From a virus (taxonomy: Duplodnaviria > Heunggongvirae > Uroviricota > Caudoviricetes): a DNA stretch of 64,000 nucleotides. Within the stretch, counting starts at the first letter, position 1. Each line of letters opens with the position of its first letter. The stretch is taken from IMG/VR virus record IMGVR_UViG_3300035522_000061, positions 1 through 64,000 of that record. One strand, written 5' to 3'. The notes beneath the pieces are model-generated. The model saw only the letters and a program-made list of their open reading frames with translations, was not told where the DNA came from and ran no database searches. Made by a program: the position numbers and the translations under genes. Below are positions 1 through 8,428 of the stretch, one piece after another.

Positions 1-23
1 TTAATTACTAAATTATAGAGATT

Positions 24-563
24 ATGAAAAAGAATGATGTTGAGTCTTTGACTCCTGCTCAGTCTAAGAAAATTGACGAGCTCATGGCTGTCGGTATCAC
101 CGAAGAGGCTGCTGTTGGTATGGTCGTAACTATGGACAACCGTTCCTTGAATAACGAGGAGCTGGCAGTAGGAGATATCCTACATATCAAGGGTATGGCT
201 TCGGACGTATCTTCGTTCGACACTGACGACGGAGATAAAGCGTTCTTCATGAACGTCCTAACCTCCGGCAGCCGAGGCACCGTTTCCATCTCCCGACTCA
301 TCGGGACTGCTAAGCCCCAGAAAGTTTTCACTGAGGGGGCTGAGTGGTTGGATGACGTCGTTCCGGAAGCGTTCAACAAGGAAGATTATTTCTACTTAAA
401 TGAGCGTACTGTAGCGGATGCTGCAAAGGAGTTGATGCTCCTTAAGAAGGGATGGGAGAAAGACCATGCAGGCAAGACCTACACGCTGCAAATTGTGGCA
501 CGCGCGGAACGTGTTGCCTCATATGGGAAAACCTACTGGTACCTATTTAAGGTAATTGAGTAA
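24..563 (+). CDS. hypothetical protein (GC-richer gene at window edge)
   Basis: 179-aa ORF at ~50% GC versus ~30% for the rest of the window. A strong intrinsic terminator follows immediately. Confidence 0.5.
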   Translation: MKKNDVESLTPAQSKKIDELMAVGITEEAAVGMVVTMDNRSLNNEELAVGDILHIKGMASDVSSFDTDDGDKAFFMNVLTSGSRGTVSISRLIGTAKPQKVFTEGAEWLDDVVPEAFNKEDYFYLNERTVADAAKELMLLKKGWEKDHAGKTYTLQIVARAERVASYGKTYWYLFKVIE

Positions 564-858
564 AAGGGTGGACACTCCATTAGGAGTGTCTTTCCCCTTT
601 TTTATTTTGTATATTTTTTGTATGATTTATCACACAGTATTTGGTCGACTTGACCATCTGGATATATTTACCAAAACCAAAAAATACAAAATATACCCAA
701 ATTGGTACGGAAGATGTGTATTATTAGGATTCTTTACTCTTATGAAAAAGGGTAATGAGTGGGAAATTATTAGAGTGTTGCCCGCAAAGAAACCTAAATA
801 TGCATTTGATGAATGGTTAGCATCTCACAAAGAAGATTGGAGAGGTTCCTTTAGATGA
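556..858 (+). CDS. hypothetical small protein (doubtful N-terminus)
   Basis: ORF-track ORF whose 5' part overlaps the terminator hairpin. Only the C-terminal half looks protein-like. Confidence 0.2.
   Translation: MSKRVDTPLGVSFPFFILYIFCMIYHTVFGRLDHLDIFTKTKKYKIYPNWYGRCVLLGFFTLMKKGNEWEIIRVLPAKKPKYAFDEWLASHKEDWRGSFR
569..606 (+). terminator. rho-independent terminator
   Basis: Hairpin GACACTCC-ATTA-GGAGTGTC followed by TTTCCCCTTTTTTATTTT. Confidence 0.7.
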
Positions 859-863
859 TAAGA

Positions 864-900
864 GAACGGGTACACTTTTCTGTGCCCGTTTTTCTCTATT
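864..900 (+). terminator. putative rho-independent terminator
   Basis: Imperfect hairpin AACGGGTACAC...GTGCCCGTT followed by a T-rich tract. Confidence 0.45.
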
Positions 901-1028
901 TTCCATATTCCTTCATTTTTCATTTTGTAATCTAGTTTATACTATTTTACAAAAACTATCTTTGTTCTAAAAAGTAATTTTTAAATAAGTAAAAAAAATT
1001 AATTTCTGAAAACTAAATAACTAAAAAT

Positions 1029-1241
1029 ATGAAATATATTGTAAAAACAGTAAATCCGATGGCATATTTTGAAAATGCTTTCGATTCCTATGCAGAAGCA
1101 CATGATTTTGTAAAAGATCACGTAGAAAAACTTAGTAACTGTGTAAACATTAAGGATATTAAGTTTCTGGATTTAGATACCTGCATATTTAAAATAATTG
1201 GTGCAGGGCATGGGATGATTATGATTTGTGAAAAGAATTAG
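1029..1241 (+). CDS. hypothetical protein
   Basis: 70-aa ORF whose stop abuts copy 1 of the conserved intergenic element. Confidence 0.45.
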   Translation: MKYIVKTVNPMAYFENAFDSYAEAHDFVKDHVEKLSNCVNIKDIKFLDLDTCIFKIIGAGHGMIMICEKN

Positions 1242-1318
1242 GTTGAAATTCCTGGGCATAAGCCCGAAATCCTTTCTGATTGGTGCTACCTTGACGTGGT
1301 AGAGAGGCTTTAAACTGA
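1241..1318 (+). repeat. conserved ~80-nt intergenic element, copy 1 (GGTTGAAATTCC - hairpin - AAATCCTT - ACCTTGACGTGGT..GGCTT)
   Basis: One of three near-identical copies (3429, 4587). Central hairpin here is GGGC-ATAA-GCCC. TTGACG, 17 nt, TAAACT resembles a sigma70-type promoter. Confidence 0.6.
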
Positions 1319-1333
1319 AAGCACCTTTGTATA

Positions 1334-1459
1334 ATGAAAAAAAAATTTATGATTATGGATAAAAGTAATATCAAAATCAGTAAAGTCTACTTTGAAGATA
1401 GAGTAGATCACTCTAAACTAAGTAATGAAGAAGCTTTAGCTATTTATTATGCAGATTAA
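1334..1459 (+). CDS. hypothetical mini-protein (41 aa, EEALAIYYAD C-terminus)
   Basis: Small ORF not in the track. Paralogous to the 3860..3967 mini-ORF (EEALAVYYSE). Lies just downstream of element copy 1. Confidence 0.35.
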   Translation: MKKKFMIMDKSNIKISKVYFEDRVDHSKLSNEEALAIYYAD

Positions 1460-1642
1460 GAGTATCTTAAGAAGAATTTCTTAAGTGGCACTCTGGAATA
1501 GACAGAGAACTTTTCGTAAAAGCTGAATAATATGTAGGCTTACTCCTGAATTGGTAATAGGAGTTGTGACGGCATCCAATATGGGTGTATGCGTGTGAGC
1601 ATTTATCTTGCACATTTGCCTCATTAAAGATAACCCAATGGC

Positions 1643-2146
1643 ATGGGAAATACTATGGCTGGACTAAGAACCAAACCAAACCTGAATACTCTTCCTAATA
1701 TAAAGAGAACTGAGAATAACAACTCAGTTTCCATAGAGATGATTATTCCAGAAAAGGATAGCCAGTACACTTACTTCGACTACGCTGCATATTCAGATGC
1801 AGTAGTACGTGCTCATGCAGGAGTGCTTATGGAGGCACTGAACAAGCGAGCAATGAACTGCGCTAAAAAGCTGCAGGACAACATAGGCAATATTCTGTCC
1901 AATGACGGATTGGTTATTGCCTACAAGTTGGAGAGTAATAATGCTGTAAAGCATTTTTCTCTCCCTGCGTATGAAGCAATGCAGAGAGGAATTGACTACC
2001 TTCGCGAGGATCGCTATGACGATTTTCTCCGTGATTCAGCTATTCTGATTCAGGCAGTAAAGGCTATCGCTGTATACGATGAACCAGTACGTTTTAAAGA
2101 CGAATTGGTATCAATATTAATGGACGAATTACTTCGAAACAAATGA
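1643..2146 (+). CDS. hypothetical protein
   Basis: 167-aa ORF with no recognised motif. Confidence 0.5.
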   Translation: MGNTMAGLRTKPNLNTLPNIKRTENNNSVSIEMIIPEKDSQYTYFDYAAYSDAVVRAHAGVLMEALNKRAMNCAKKLQDNIGNILSNDGLVIAYKLESNNAVKHFSLPAYEAMQRGIDYLREDRYDDFLRDSAILIQAVKAIAVYDEPVRFKDELVSILMDELLRNK

Positions 2147-2328
2147 TACTTGTATGGTATTTGACACTGGCAGCTGGAATCTTTGCATTCCAGTTGTTAG
2201 TGTCTCTTTACGGAACAAAATTGTTTGGTGAAGATTTGGAGAAATTTAATCATTTTTTTACTAATCTAGTCCTGTTCTCTTGGGCATTTTTATTCCTTGG
2301 AGGCATGATAGTATATATATTATGGTGA
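2143..2328 (+). CDS. small hydrophobic membrane protein
   Basis: 61 aa with two predicted TM helices. ATGA overlap with the upstream gene. Confidence 0.4.
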   Translation: MILVWYLTLAAGIFAFQLLVSLYGTKLFGEDLEKFNHFFTNLVLFSWAFLFLGGMIVYILW

Positions 2329-2329
2329 T

Positions 2330-2626
2330 ATGAAATGGTATATCGTTAACAAGAATAACGTATGTCTAGAGATGGAAGAGGTAAGAGAACTTTCTGATAA
2401 ATTAAATTATGATGAGAGTACTATCTTCCGCCTTTGTCTCTATGTTGGGAATTCCCTGCAAAAATATTCCACTGATCGGTGGGCAGATTGTTTGCAGGAG
2501 ATTCTTAAAAGTTACACTAATAGTCACAGCTTTGAAGATTTTGTGGATTTAATAGCCACAGATGATCTCATTGCGTTCATTTTTTGGATGCGTGAACATG
2601 GCTATTATATTTTCGTGGCATCGTAA
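2330..2626 (+). CDS. hypothetical protein
   Basis: 98-aa ORF tightly packed against its neighbours. Confidence 0.45.
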   Translation: MKWYIVNKNNVCLEMEEVRELSDKLNYDESTIFRLCLYVGNSLQKYSTDRWADCLQEILKSYTNSHSFEDFVDLIATDDLIAFIFWMREHGYYIFVAS

Positions 2627-2655
2627 GGGTTATAATTGTTTTCCTCCTCGAGCGT

Positions 2656-2970
2656 ATGCTTGAGGAAGTTTTAATAAAGAAGATTATGAAGAAGATTATT
2701 TTTAGTTTAGTGTTAATGTTGTTGGGGGTTTGTAATATTAATGCAGAAGTAGTGCGTACTGGTAATACATTTACTACTACTCAAACTACTACTGCTGATA
2801 CTAAAACAGCATATTTTTGGCAAGATAAAGAAGGTAATAAATATCCAATTTATAAGTCTAAAACTGGTTCTTTATATGTAAAGAGAATTAGTAAAAAGAC
2901 TGGTAAAGAGTATAAGTATTATCTGCCTAAAGCGACACAAGATCAAATAAAGTCTCAAACTGGTTTATAA
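2656..2970 (+). CDS. secreted small protein (signal peptide)
   Basis: N-terminal hydrophobic signal (IIFSLVLMLLGVCNINA) followed by a Thr/Lys-rich mature region. Confidence 0.45.
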   Translation: MLEEVLIKKIMKKIIFSLVLMLLGVCNINAEVVRTGNTFTTTQTTTADTKTAYFWQDKEGNKYPIYKSKTGSLYVKRISKKTGKEYKYYLPKATQDQIKSQTGL

Positions 2971-3191
2971 TGGAATTTATAGAATCTGTATTGACGGTTA
3001 TTTTTACAATAATTTTTTTCATCTATTTTATCACGGGAATTATTATAATTATCCGTGCATTTATGGGTGGGAAATAAGGATACGAGAAGAGTCCTATATT
3101 AAGTTCTTCTCAGCTATTAATTTCAAATACATCAGATTCAAACTCTGTTATTTAACGCGAGTTCTGGTGTAAATATTATGTTAGGATCACA

Positions 3192-3266
3192 GTAACTTAT
3201 TTAATTAAGTTATACTTCTTAGAAGTTGTGATCATTTATTCCCGCCGTAACTTAATTAAGTTATAC
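3192..3266. promoter_or_regulatory. pair of near-identical palindromic sites GTAACTTA(TT)TAATTAAGTTATAC
   Basis: Two copies (3192-3215, 3247-3266) of a site built on the perfect palindrome AACTTAATTAAGTT. They lie in a 590-bp region with no ORF. Confidence 0.45.
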
Positions 3267-3428
3267 TGGGATTTTATACTAGCTCCTCTTTAGGATTAAG
3301 CTGGTAACTATTTGTGATGATGCAGGCTCTCATTCACTATCAAAGCGCAGTATACAAAGTGGGAAAGTTGTATTACTGTGCAAAACCTGTAGGTTGGTTT
3401 ACCCTTTAGCTCCACCTAAAAATAAACT

Positions 3429-3510
3429 GGGTTGAAATTCCCTGGGATCGTGCGCACAATATCCCTAAAATCCTTCTTATATGAGTACCTTGACGTGGTT
3501 AGAAGGCTTA
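3429..3510 (+). repeat. conserved ~80-nt intergenic element, copy 2
   Basis: Same flanks as copy 1. The central hairpin is replaced by GGGAT-CGTGCGCACAAT-ATCCC, which still pairs. Confidence 0.6.
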
Positions 3511-3560
3511 TTAACTAACACTCATAAAATAACAAGAATATCAACTTAAAAACAATAAAA

Positions 3561-3863
3561 ATGATACAATTTACAAAAGACAAAGAAATCATCTTCGAAT
3601 CAAAAGTATCTGATGTCTTAAAAGATTTAGGATACATTGGATCTGACAGAATTGTGCACATCATTATTGGTGCGTCCGAAAGATTTTGTATGGATATTGA
3701 ACCACTTTCTTGGGCAGGAGTAGTTGGTCAATTGTATAAAACCATCTATAAAGAAACCGCAACTCCAAACGAATATGCAGGTAATGCTGCAATTCTCCTT
3801 CAAGTAGTATTTGCAATCATGGATCTCGAGAGATTGGGATTCAAATTAGAAGAAGAGCCATGA
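3561..3863 (+). CDS. hypothetical protein, DWAGVVGQLY family member 1
   Basis: 100 aa. Shares the WAGVVGQLY motif with the 4030..4341 ORF. Confidence 0.5.
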   Translation: MIQFTKDKEIIFESKVSDVLKDLGYIGSDRIVHIIIGASERFCMDIEPLSWAGVVGQLYKTIYKETATPNEYAGNAAILLQVVFAIMDLERLGFKLEEEP

Positions 3864-3967
3864 AGAAAGAAGATATTAAAGTACCAGCAGAGGTTTACTC
3901 TTTAGATAGAGAAGCCCATCCTACATTAACTCAAGAGGAAGCTCTTGCAGTTTATTACAGTGAGTAA
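3860..3967 (+). CDS. hypothetical mini-protein (35 aa, EEALAVYYSE)
   Basis: Not in the track. ATGA overlap with the upstream gene. Paralog of 1334..1459. Confidence 0.35.
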   Translation: MKKEDIKVPAEVYSLDREAHPTLTQEEALAVYYSE

Positions 3968-4029
3968 GTTTCATGTGTTTCCCTCCTTTAGACAATTTGT
4001 CTATTGGGGGGTTTTAAAAGAAGAAAGCA

Positions 4030-4341
4030 ATGAAAATAAGATTCAAAAATAAGAAACATTCTTTTACTGCTCCAGAACTAATTAACATTCTCGAAGAGCA
4101 TGGATATGATAATGCAGGTTACATGGTAGATTGTATTATGCTTGCTGCTGAAAATCTATCACAATATAACATGCCCTTTGATTGGGCAGGTGTTGTTGGT
4201 CAGTTGTACCAACATGTATTTGTTAGGGATTTAGGAGCTTATCATTGGTTTGAAGATGATATTGCAGACAATCTTCAAATTGTTAAAGCGATTTATCATA
4301 TATTCATAGACGAAGGAATTTATATAGTTAAAGAGGCATGA
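4030..4341 (+). CDS. hypothetical protein, DWAGVVGQLY family member 2
   Basis: 103 aa, paralog of 3561..3863. Confidence 0.5.
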   Translation: MKIRFKNKKHSFTAPELINILEEHGYDNAGYMVDCIMLAAENLSQYNMPFDWAGVVGQLYQHVFVRDLGAYHWFEDDIADNLQIVKAIYHIFIDEGIYIVKEA

Positions 4342-4577
4342 TACAGAAGACAATTAAGCTCGATGGTTATACCGAATTAGGTGTAATGGGGCATTGGGAA
4401 CCATTTCGTCACACAAGAAAGTATAAAGTCGATATTGAACTACCTGAGTATAATCGTGGTAGTATTGATATTGATGATATACCTTTTAAAGGTGCTTGGA
4501 CTACGGTTCAAATAGACGATATTATGTCAGACTTCGAGGAAATCGAAGGAGAAGCATATTGTCGTCCAGAGGATTAA
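4338..4577 (+). CDS. hypothetical protein
   Basis: 79 aa with an ATGA overlap. Followed by element copy 3. Confidence 0.45.
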   Translation: MIQKTIKLDGYTELGVMGHWEPFRHTRKYKVDIELPEYNRGSIDIDDIPFKGAWTTVQIDDIMSDFEEIEGEAYCRPED

Positions 4578-4586
4578 ATCCTCAGA

Positions 4587-4660
4587 GGGTTGAAATTCCC
4601 GAGACTTAGGTCTCAAAATCCTTCATAATATACACTACCTTGACGAGGTATGAAGGCTTT
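4587..4660 (+). repeat. conserved ~80-nt intergenic element, copy 3
   Basis: Same flanks as copies 1 and 2. Central hairpin GAGAC-TTAG-GTCTC differs in sequence again but still pairs. Confidence 0.6.
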
Positions 4661-4801
4661 TAACAGAATGTGTATAATCCTTTTTGTAGGTTTGAGTAGA
4701 GTGAAGTATAGTAGCTCTCGGTTAAAAATCTACTATGGCAAGCAAGATCTTGAATATAATGTTGGCATTAAAATGAATCTCTAGCTAACGGAGTAAAATC
4801 T

Positions 4802-5023
4802 ATGCAATTAGGTAAGCATTCAATTTTTGAAGAGTTTGAAGTTATAGGCTTAGGAAAGATTACTATCCAAGCAAATAAAAATTATGGAATTATCGACATA
4901 GAGCCGAGAATTCCAGAGATTTTCTCTAAGTACTACGGACGTCAGATTACTGATACTAGAGTTCTTGGTGAGTTAGTAGAAGATATGTATAACACTTTAA
5001 AGTCAGTAGAAAATGAGAAGTAA
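4802..5023 (+). CDS. hypothetical protein
   Basis: 73-aa ORF. Confidence 0.4.
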   Translation: MQLGKHSIFEEFEVIGLGKITIQANKNYGIIDIEPRIPEIFSKYYGRQITDTRVLGELVEDMYNTLKSVENEK

Positions 5024-5468
5024 AGATTTCAAACCTGAAGAGCATATCGCTGATTTGAACAACCTGAAAAGAAATCTAATGTGTTTAAACAGACCTTTTA
5101 GTAGAAGTCTGTTTATAAGTGGACTCAAAGGAATTGGTCTGCCGGACAATGATGTTTTTTGGATGGCAGTGAAACGTAGCGGTATTGTACAACAGCTGAG
5201 CAGAGGCTGTTACATATTCAAGAACGATAAGCCAATACATATTAGTGTGCTGGCTAAAATTCACAAAGACTATCGTAAGATAGTCTGTGATTATAGCAAG
5301 ACTTACAGAGAAAAGCATTCCTCAAAAGAAGTTGAGAAACCTGTAGAAGCTCATGTTCAACTAGAACCTGTACATGAACTTACTGAAGAAAATGCAGTCA
5401 AACTTCTGAAAGAGCTAGGCTATATAATATATAAGCCTGAGGTTGCGATTTTCTACAAAAAATTATAA
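5013..5468 (+). CDS. hypothetical protein
   Basis: 151-aa ORF, basic and Lys-rich. Confidence 0.45.
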   Translation: MRSKDFKPEEHIADLNNLKRNLMCLNRPFSRSLFISGLKGIGLPDNDVFWMAVKRSGIVQQLSRGCYIFKNDKPIHISVLAKIHKDYRKIVCDYSKTYREKHSSKEVEKPVEAHVQLEPVHELTEENAVKLLKELGYIIYKPEVAIFYKKL

Positions 5469-5503
5469 ATGGAGTTCATTTTTTAGTTTTTAGTTGGTTT
5501 GCG

Positions 5504-5666
5504 AAGATACCACTTGTTTACAATTTTTAACATCAAAAATTTGGAATTGTGCTCAAATAGTGGTATCTTTGCATTACTTACTCAGAGAAATAAAATATAA
5601 GGTGGCACACAGCAAATTATAAAAACTTAACTTGAAATTAAGGATTATTTTGCCACCTGTTTACAA
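5504..5666. promoter_or_regulatory. inverted- and direct-repeat region upstream of the tRNA array
   Basis: Inverted repeat AAGATACCACT/AGTGGTATCTT (5504-5514 and 5559-5569). Second inverted repeat AGGTGGCA/TGCCACCT (5600-5607 and 5651-5658). Direct repeat CCAC(T/C)TGTTTACAA appears twice. Confidence 0.35.
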
Positions 5667-5724
5667 GAATACTTACAGCAATTAATATTAAAATTAAATA
5701 TCTATATAAAGTATTCTGTAAGTT

Positions 5725-5797
5725 GCAGCATTCGTCTAGTTGGTTAGGACGTCAGATTTTCATTCTGGAAACTAGAGTTCAAATCTCTAACGCTGTA
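5725..5797 (+). tRNA. tRNA-Glu (anticodon TTC)
   Basis: Acceptor GCAGCAT/ACGCTGT. Anticodon stem TCAGA/TCTGG with loop TTTTCAT. T-arm TAGAG-TTCAAAT-CTCTA. Confidence 0.5.
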
Positions 5798-5800
5798 CAA

Positions 5801-5872
5801 AGGGGTTATCGGTATTATTAATTTCTTCGGTTCTACTACTAGTCGAGTTCGACTCTCGACAACCCCTCTAAT
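5801..5872 (+). tRNA. tRNA-like gene (anticodon arm not resolved)
   Basis: Acceptor AGGGGTT/AACCCCT and T-arm TCGAG-TTCGACT-CTCGA. No clean anticodon stem could be folded by eye. Confidence 0.3.
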
Positions 5873-6045
5873 TTGTTTGTTTTTTGTCAAAGATCCATTT
5901 TATATTACTCGGTATGTGATATATAGAGTAATAGGGAGAAAGGTTAAAGTGAGTTCGATTCTCACACTCTCCCCTAATTTTTTAAATTGGCGAAACATTG
6001 TTAACACTGTTCTAACTCTATGTGAATATCGTTAGAACTTTTATC

Positions 6046-6117
6046 GCGGAATGGAGAAGTGGTATCTCGCTTGGCTCATAACCAAGAGATCGCAGGTTCG
6101 AATCCTAGCTTCCGCTA
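6046..6117 (+). tRNA. tRNA-Met/fMet (anticodon CAT)
   Basis: Acceptor GCGGAA/TTCCGC. Anticodon stem CTTGG/CCAAG with loop CTCATAA. T-loop GGTTCGAATCC. Confidence 0.5.
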
Positions 6118-7372
6118 CTATGTTTTTGTTTATGATGTTATATTGAAGTCAGCCCTATGTGAATATCGCTGATTCTATTATTTCATTATTTGTGAATTAT
6201 TTAATTAAAAGTTCTTCACCCTATGTGAATATCGTGAAGTTTTAAGGAACTAAATGGTATATGAAGGTTCGATTCCTTCTAGTTCCACACTGTATTTTGA
6301 AGATAAGTTTTAGGTTCGTGAGAATATAGAATTAGGGAATAGATTATATTTTTAGTCTATTCCCGTATTTTTAAATAGGACTTATGATGGTTCTTCGAAT
6401 GAAGAAATCGTAACTACAAGAACATCTTTTAGATGTTAAAGTCTTGTTCTAAGACGTAACTGCTTAGAGGTGTTAGCCTACACGAGGGTATAAGGGCATC
6501 AAATAATTTTATATTTATGAAAAAGCAAGAAATTGTATTAAGTGCTTACATGTTAATTATGGCAATGTTAGCATTTGTGGTGGTATTTTAAAAGTAGGTT
6601 CGATTCCTACCTTGCTACAAAAAATCTTTGTCGCCGAGTAGCACCATACCAGCCTTGTAGGGAAGGTAAACTACGTAATAAGCTTTAAATCGTGGGGATT
6701 CCTTTACTAATACTAAAGGTGCATTGCGCAATATGATAGGTATTAGGATAGTACGAAGTACTAGACAGAAAGGCAGAGATTTAAGAGGAGAGTATTATTA
6801 CTTTCCTCTTTTAAAAGATTATACTTCAAGTGTTATATATACTTTTGTTATTTTCGTAGTTACAGGTTTGTGAAAATATGTAATTATGTTTGGGAAGATA
6901 TTGGTTATTTTGTAAGTTCGAATCTTACTCTTCCCACTCCTCATAGTTTCTCCAGCTATTAAAAATTGGAGGGATCGCCATCCGCCAGAGAGTATGGAAG
7001 TTAGGTCGCTTACTGTTAAAGGCGATGGGTTTGTTTGCTAATTTTGTTAACCCGATTAAAATTTCAAATTTAGCTATACAGTAAAAATACACTTAATGTT
7101 TGAAACAAACTTTAAATAGTTCCGAGGAAACTTGTATTTTACTGTTAAAGGTATTTAGGAGTAATTAGAAACTCGCATTAATTTGGAATATTACAATTAG
7201 TGAGTGTGGGGCAGTGCCACCTAAATATACTCTTCATGTGTTTAAGTTTTTTACTATTGCCTCTGTGAAGATCCAATAGTTTTAATTTTAAAAAGTATGG
7301 AATAGTTATTAAAATGGTGTTAGGAGATAGATTCAAAACCTAAAAATTCTCTTATTATAAAAATATTAAATT

Positions 7373-7445
7373 GGGATATGGTGTAACGATTAGCACTAGA
7401 CATTTTGGATGTTTCAGATTTGGTTTGAATCCAAATATCCCAACA
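7373..7445 (+). tRNA. tRNA-Gln (anticodon TTG), tentative
   Basis: Acceptor GGGATAT/ATATCCC. Anticodon stem AGACA/TGTTT with loop TTTTGGA. Non-canonical T-loop TTTGAAT. Confidence 0.4.
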
Positions 7446-7480
7446 TTAGATTAAAAATATTAATTTTAATTTTTTAAATT

Positions 7481-7621
7481 ATGAAAAAGTTATTGTTAGT
7501 TTTTGGTGTTGCGCTTCTTATGAGTGCTTGCTGTAATGGTTCTTCTACAGAATCTAGTACTGATTCAACAGATTCCGTTGTTGTTGATTCTGTAGCAGTT
7601 GATTCAACTGTTCAACTCTAA
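7481..7621 (+). CDS. putative small lipoprotein (46 aa) inside the tRNA array
   Basis: MKKLLLVFGVALLMSAC has a lipobox Cys. The mature region is a Ser/Thr/Asp-rich repeat. The ORF is below the track threshold. Confidence 0.35.
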   Translation: MKKLLLVFGVALLMSACCNGSSTESSTDSTDSVVVDSVAVDSTVQL

Positions 7622-8428
7622 ATGGCAATTTAGCGAGTTCGATTCTCGCTTAGAGTGCAAAAAGGATAGTATTCTAGTTTAATCCTTTAGTTACCCATGA
7701 TGGGTAACGTTACTCACTACTTTTAGGTATTAAGTAAAGTTTTTCAGAAAATGCTAGATTGCCTATTTCTGAAAATGCGCTTTTTAAAACGGCAAATAAA
7801 AAGGGTAGAGTACGCCCAAGTCATTTAGTCCTGTTCCTAACCACCTTCTAAATCTGACTTGTAAATATTAAGGTTTGTAAGGTGAGGTCGTAATGAAACA
7901 CTCAAATGGTTAGTCCTTTTGATGCCTATGTTAATGTTTAGCCATCAACGAACATTACGTTTATTAATATGTTAGTGTTAAGTGTTCCCATATCTATTAA
8001 ACTCAATCCTTTATGTATATTCTAGGAACTACAAATCAGAAAGCTTTTGTGATTATAGAAAGTGGAAAAGAAATTATTTTTACTTATGATTATACAAGAG
8101 CTAACCAGTATGAAAAAATAGGAGATGCTATGAAAATGGCAGCTACTATAAATCACATATTAGGAAAATGTATAATATCAATAATAAGTGGAAATTTTGA
8201 TTGATTTTACGTTATGCTTAAATATTTTAGGCATTGCCTTAATAGCTGTAATAAGCTATCTTTTTAAAACCTCAGTTTCTAGTAATCTGTAAACTAGTGA
8301 CTTTTCGAATTTTCAACAAGAAAACTAGGGTTTAGCACAACCTAAAAGTGAACTGACCAATGTCTATTGGTAAAAGAGGTTTTATTGTATTGGTGAGGTT
8401 TCCGATATGTAGAATAAGATCTCTTAAT

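Noticed and set aside
59-379. Minus-strand ORFs throughout the window (for example 59..379, 5085..5318, 10006..10215, 16698..16961, 25374..25724, 44798..45115, 50890..51168, 61248..61520)
   Set aside because: Every one lies antisense inside a better-supported + strand gene. They are typical AT-rich shadow ORFs with low-complexity, Ile/Phe/Leu/Ser-rich translations. All credible genes are co-oriented on the + strand.
6018-6234. Possible CRISPR array suggested by the repeated CTATGTGAATATCG
   Set aside because: There are only three copies with irregular spacing (137 and 66 nt) and no repeat/spacer periodicity. The copies sit next to tRNA-like genes, which fits promoter or processing motifs better than CRISPR.
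8013-8204. 63-aa ORF inside the tRNA array
   Set aside because: It lies in a region dense with tRNA-like structures. It has no ribosome-binding context, and its translation has no features. It is probably spurious, though not excluded.
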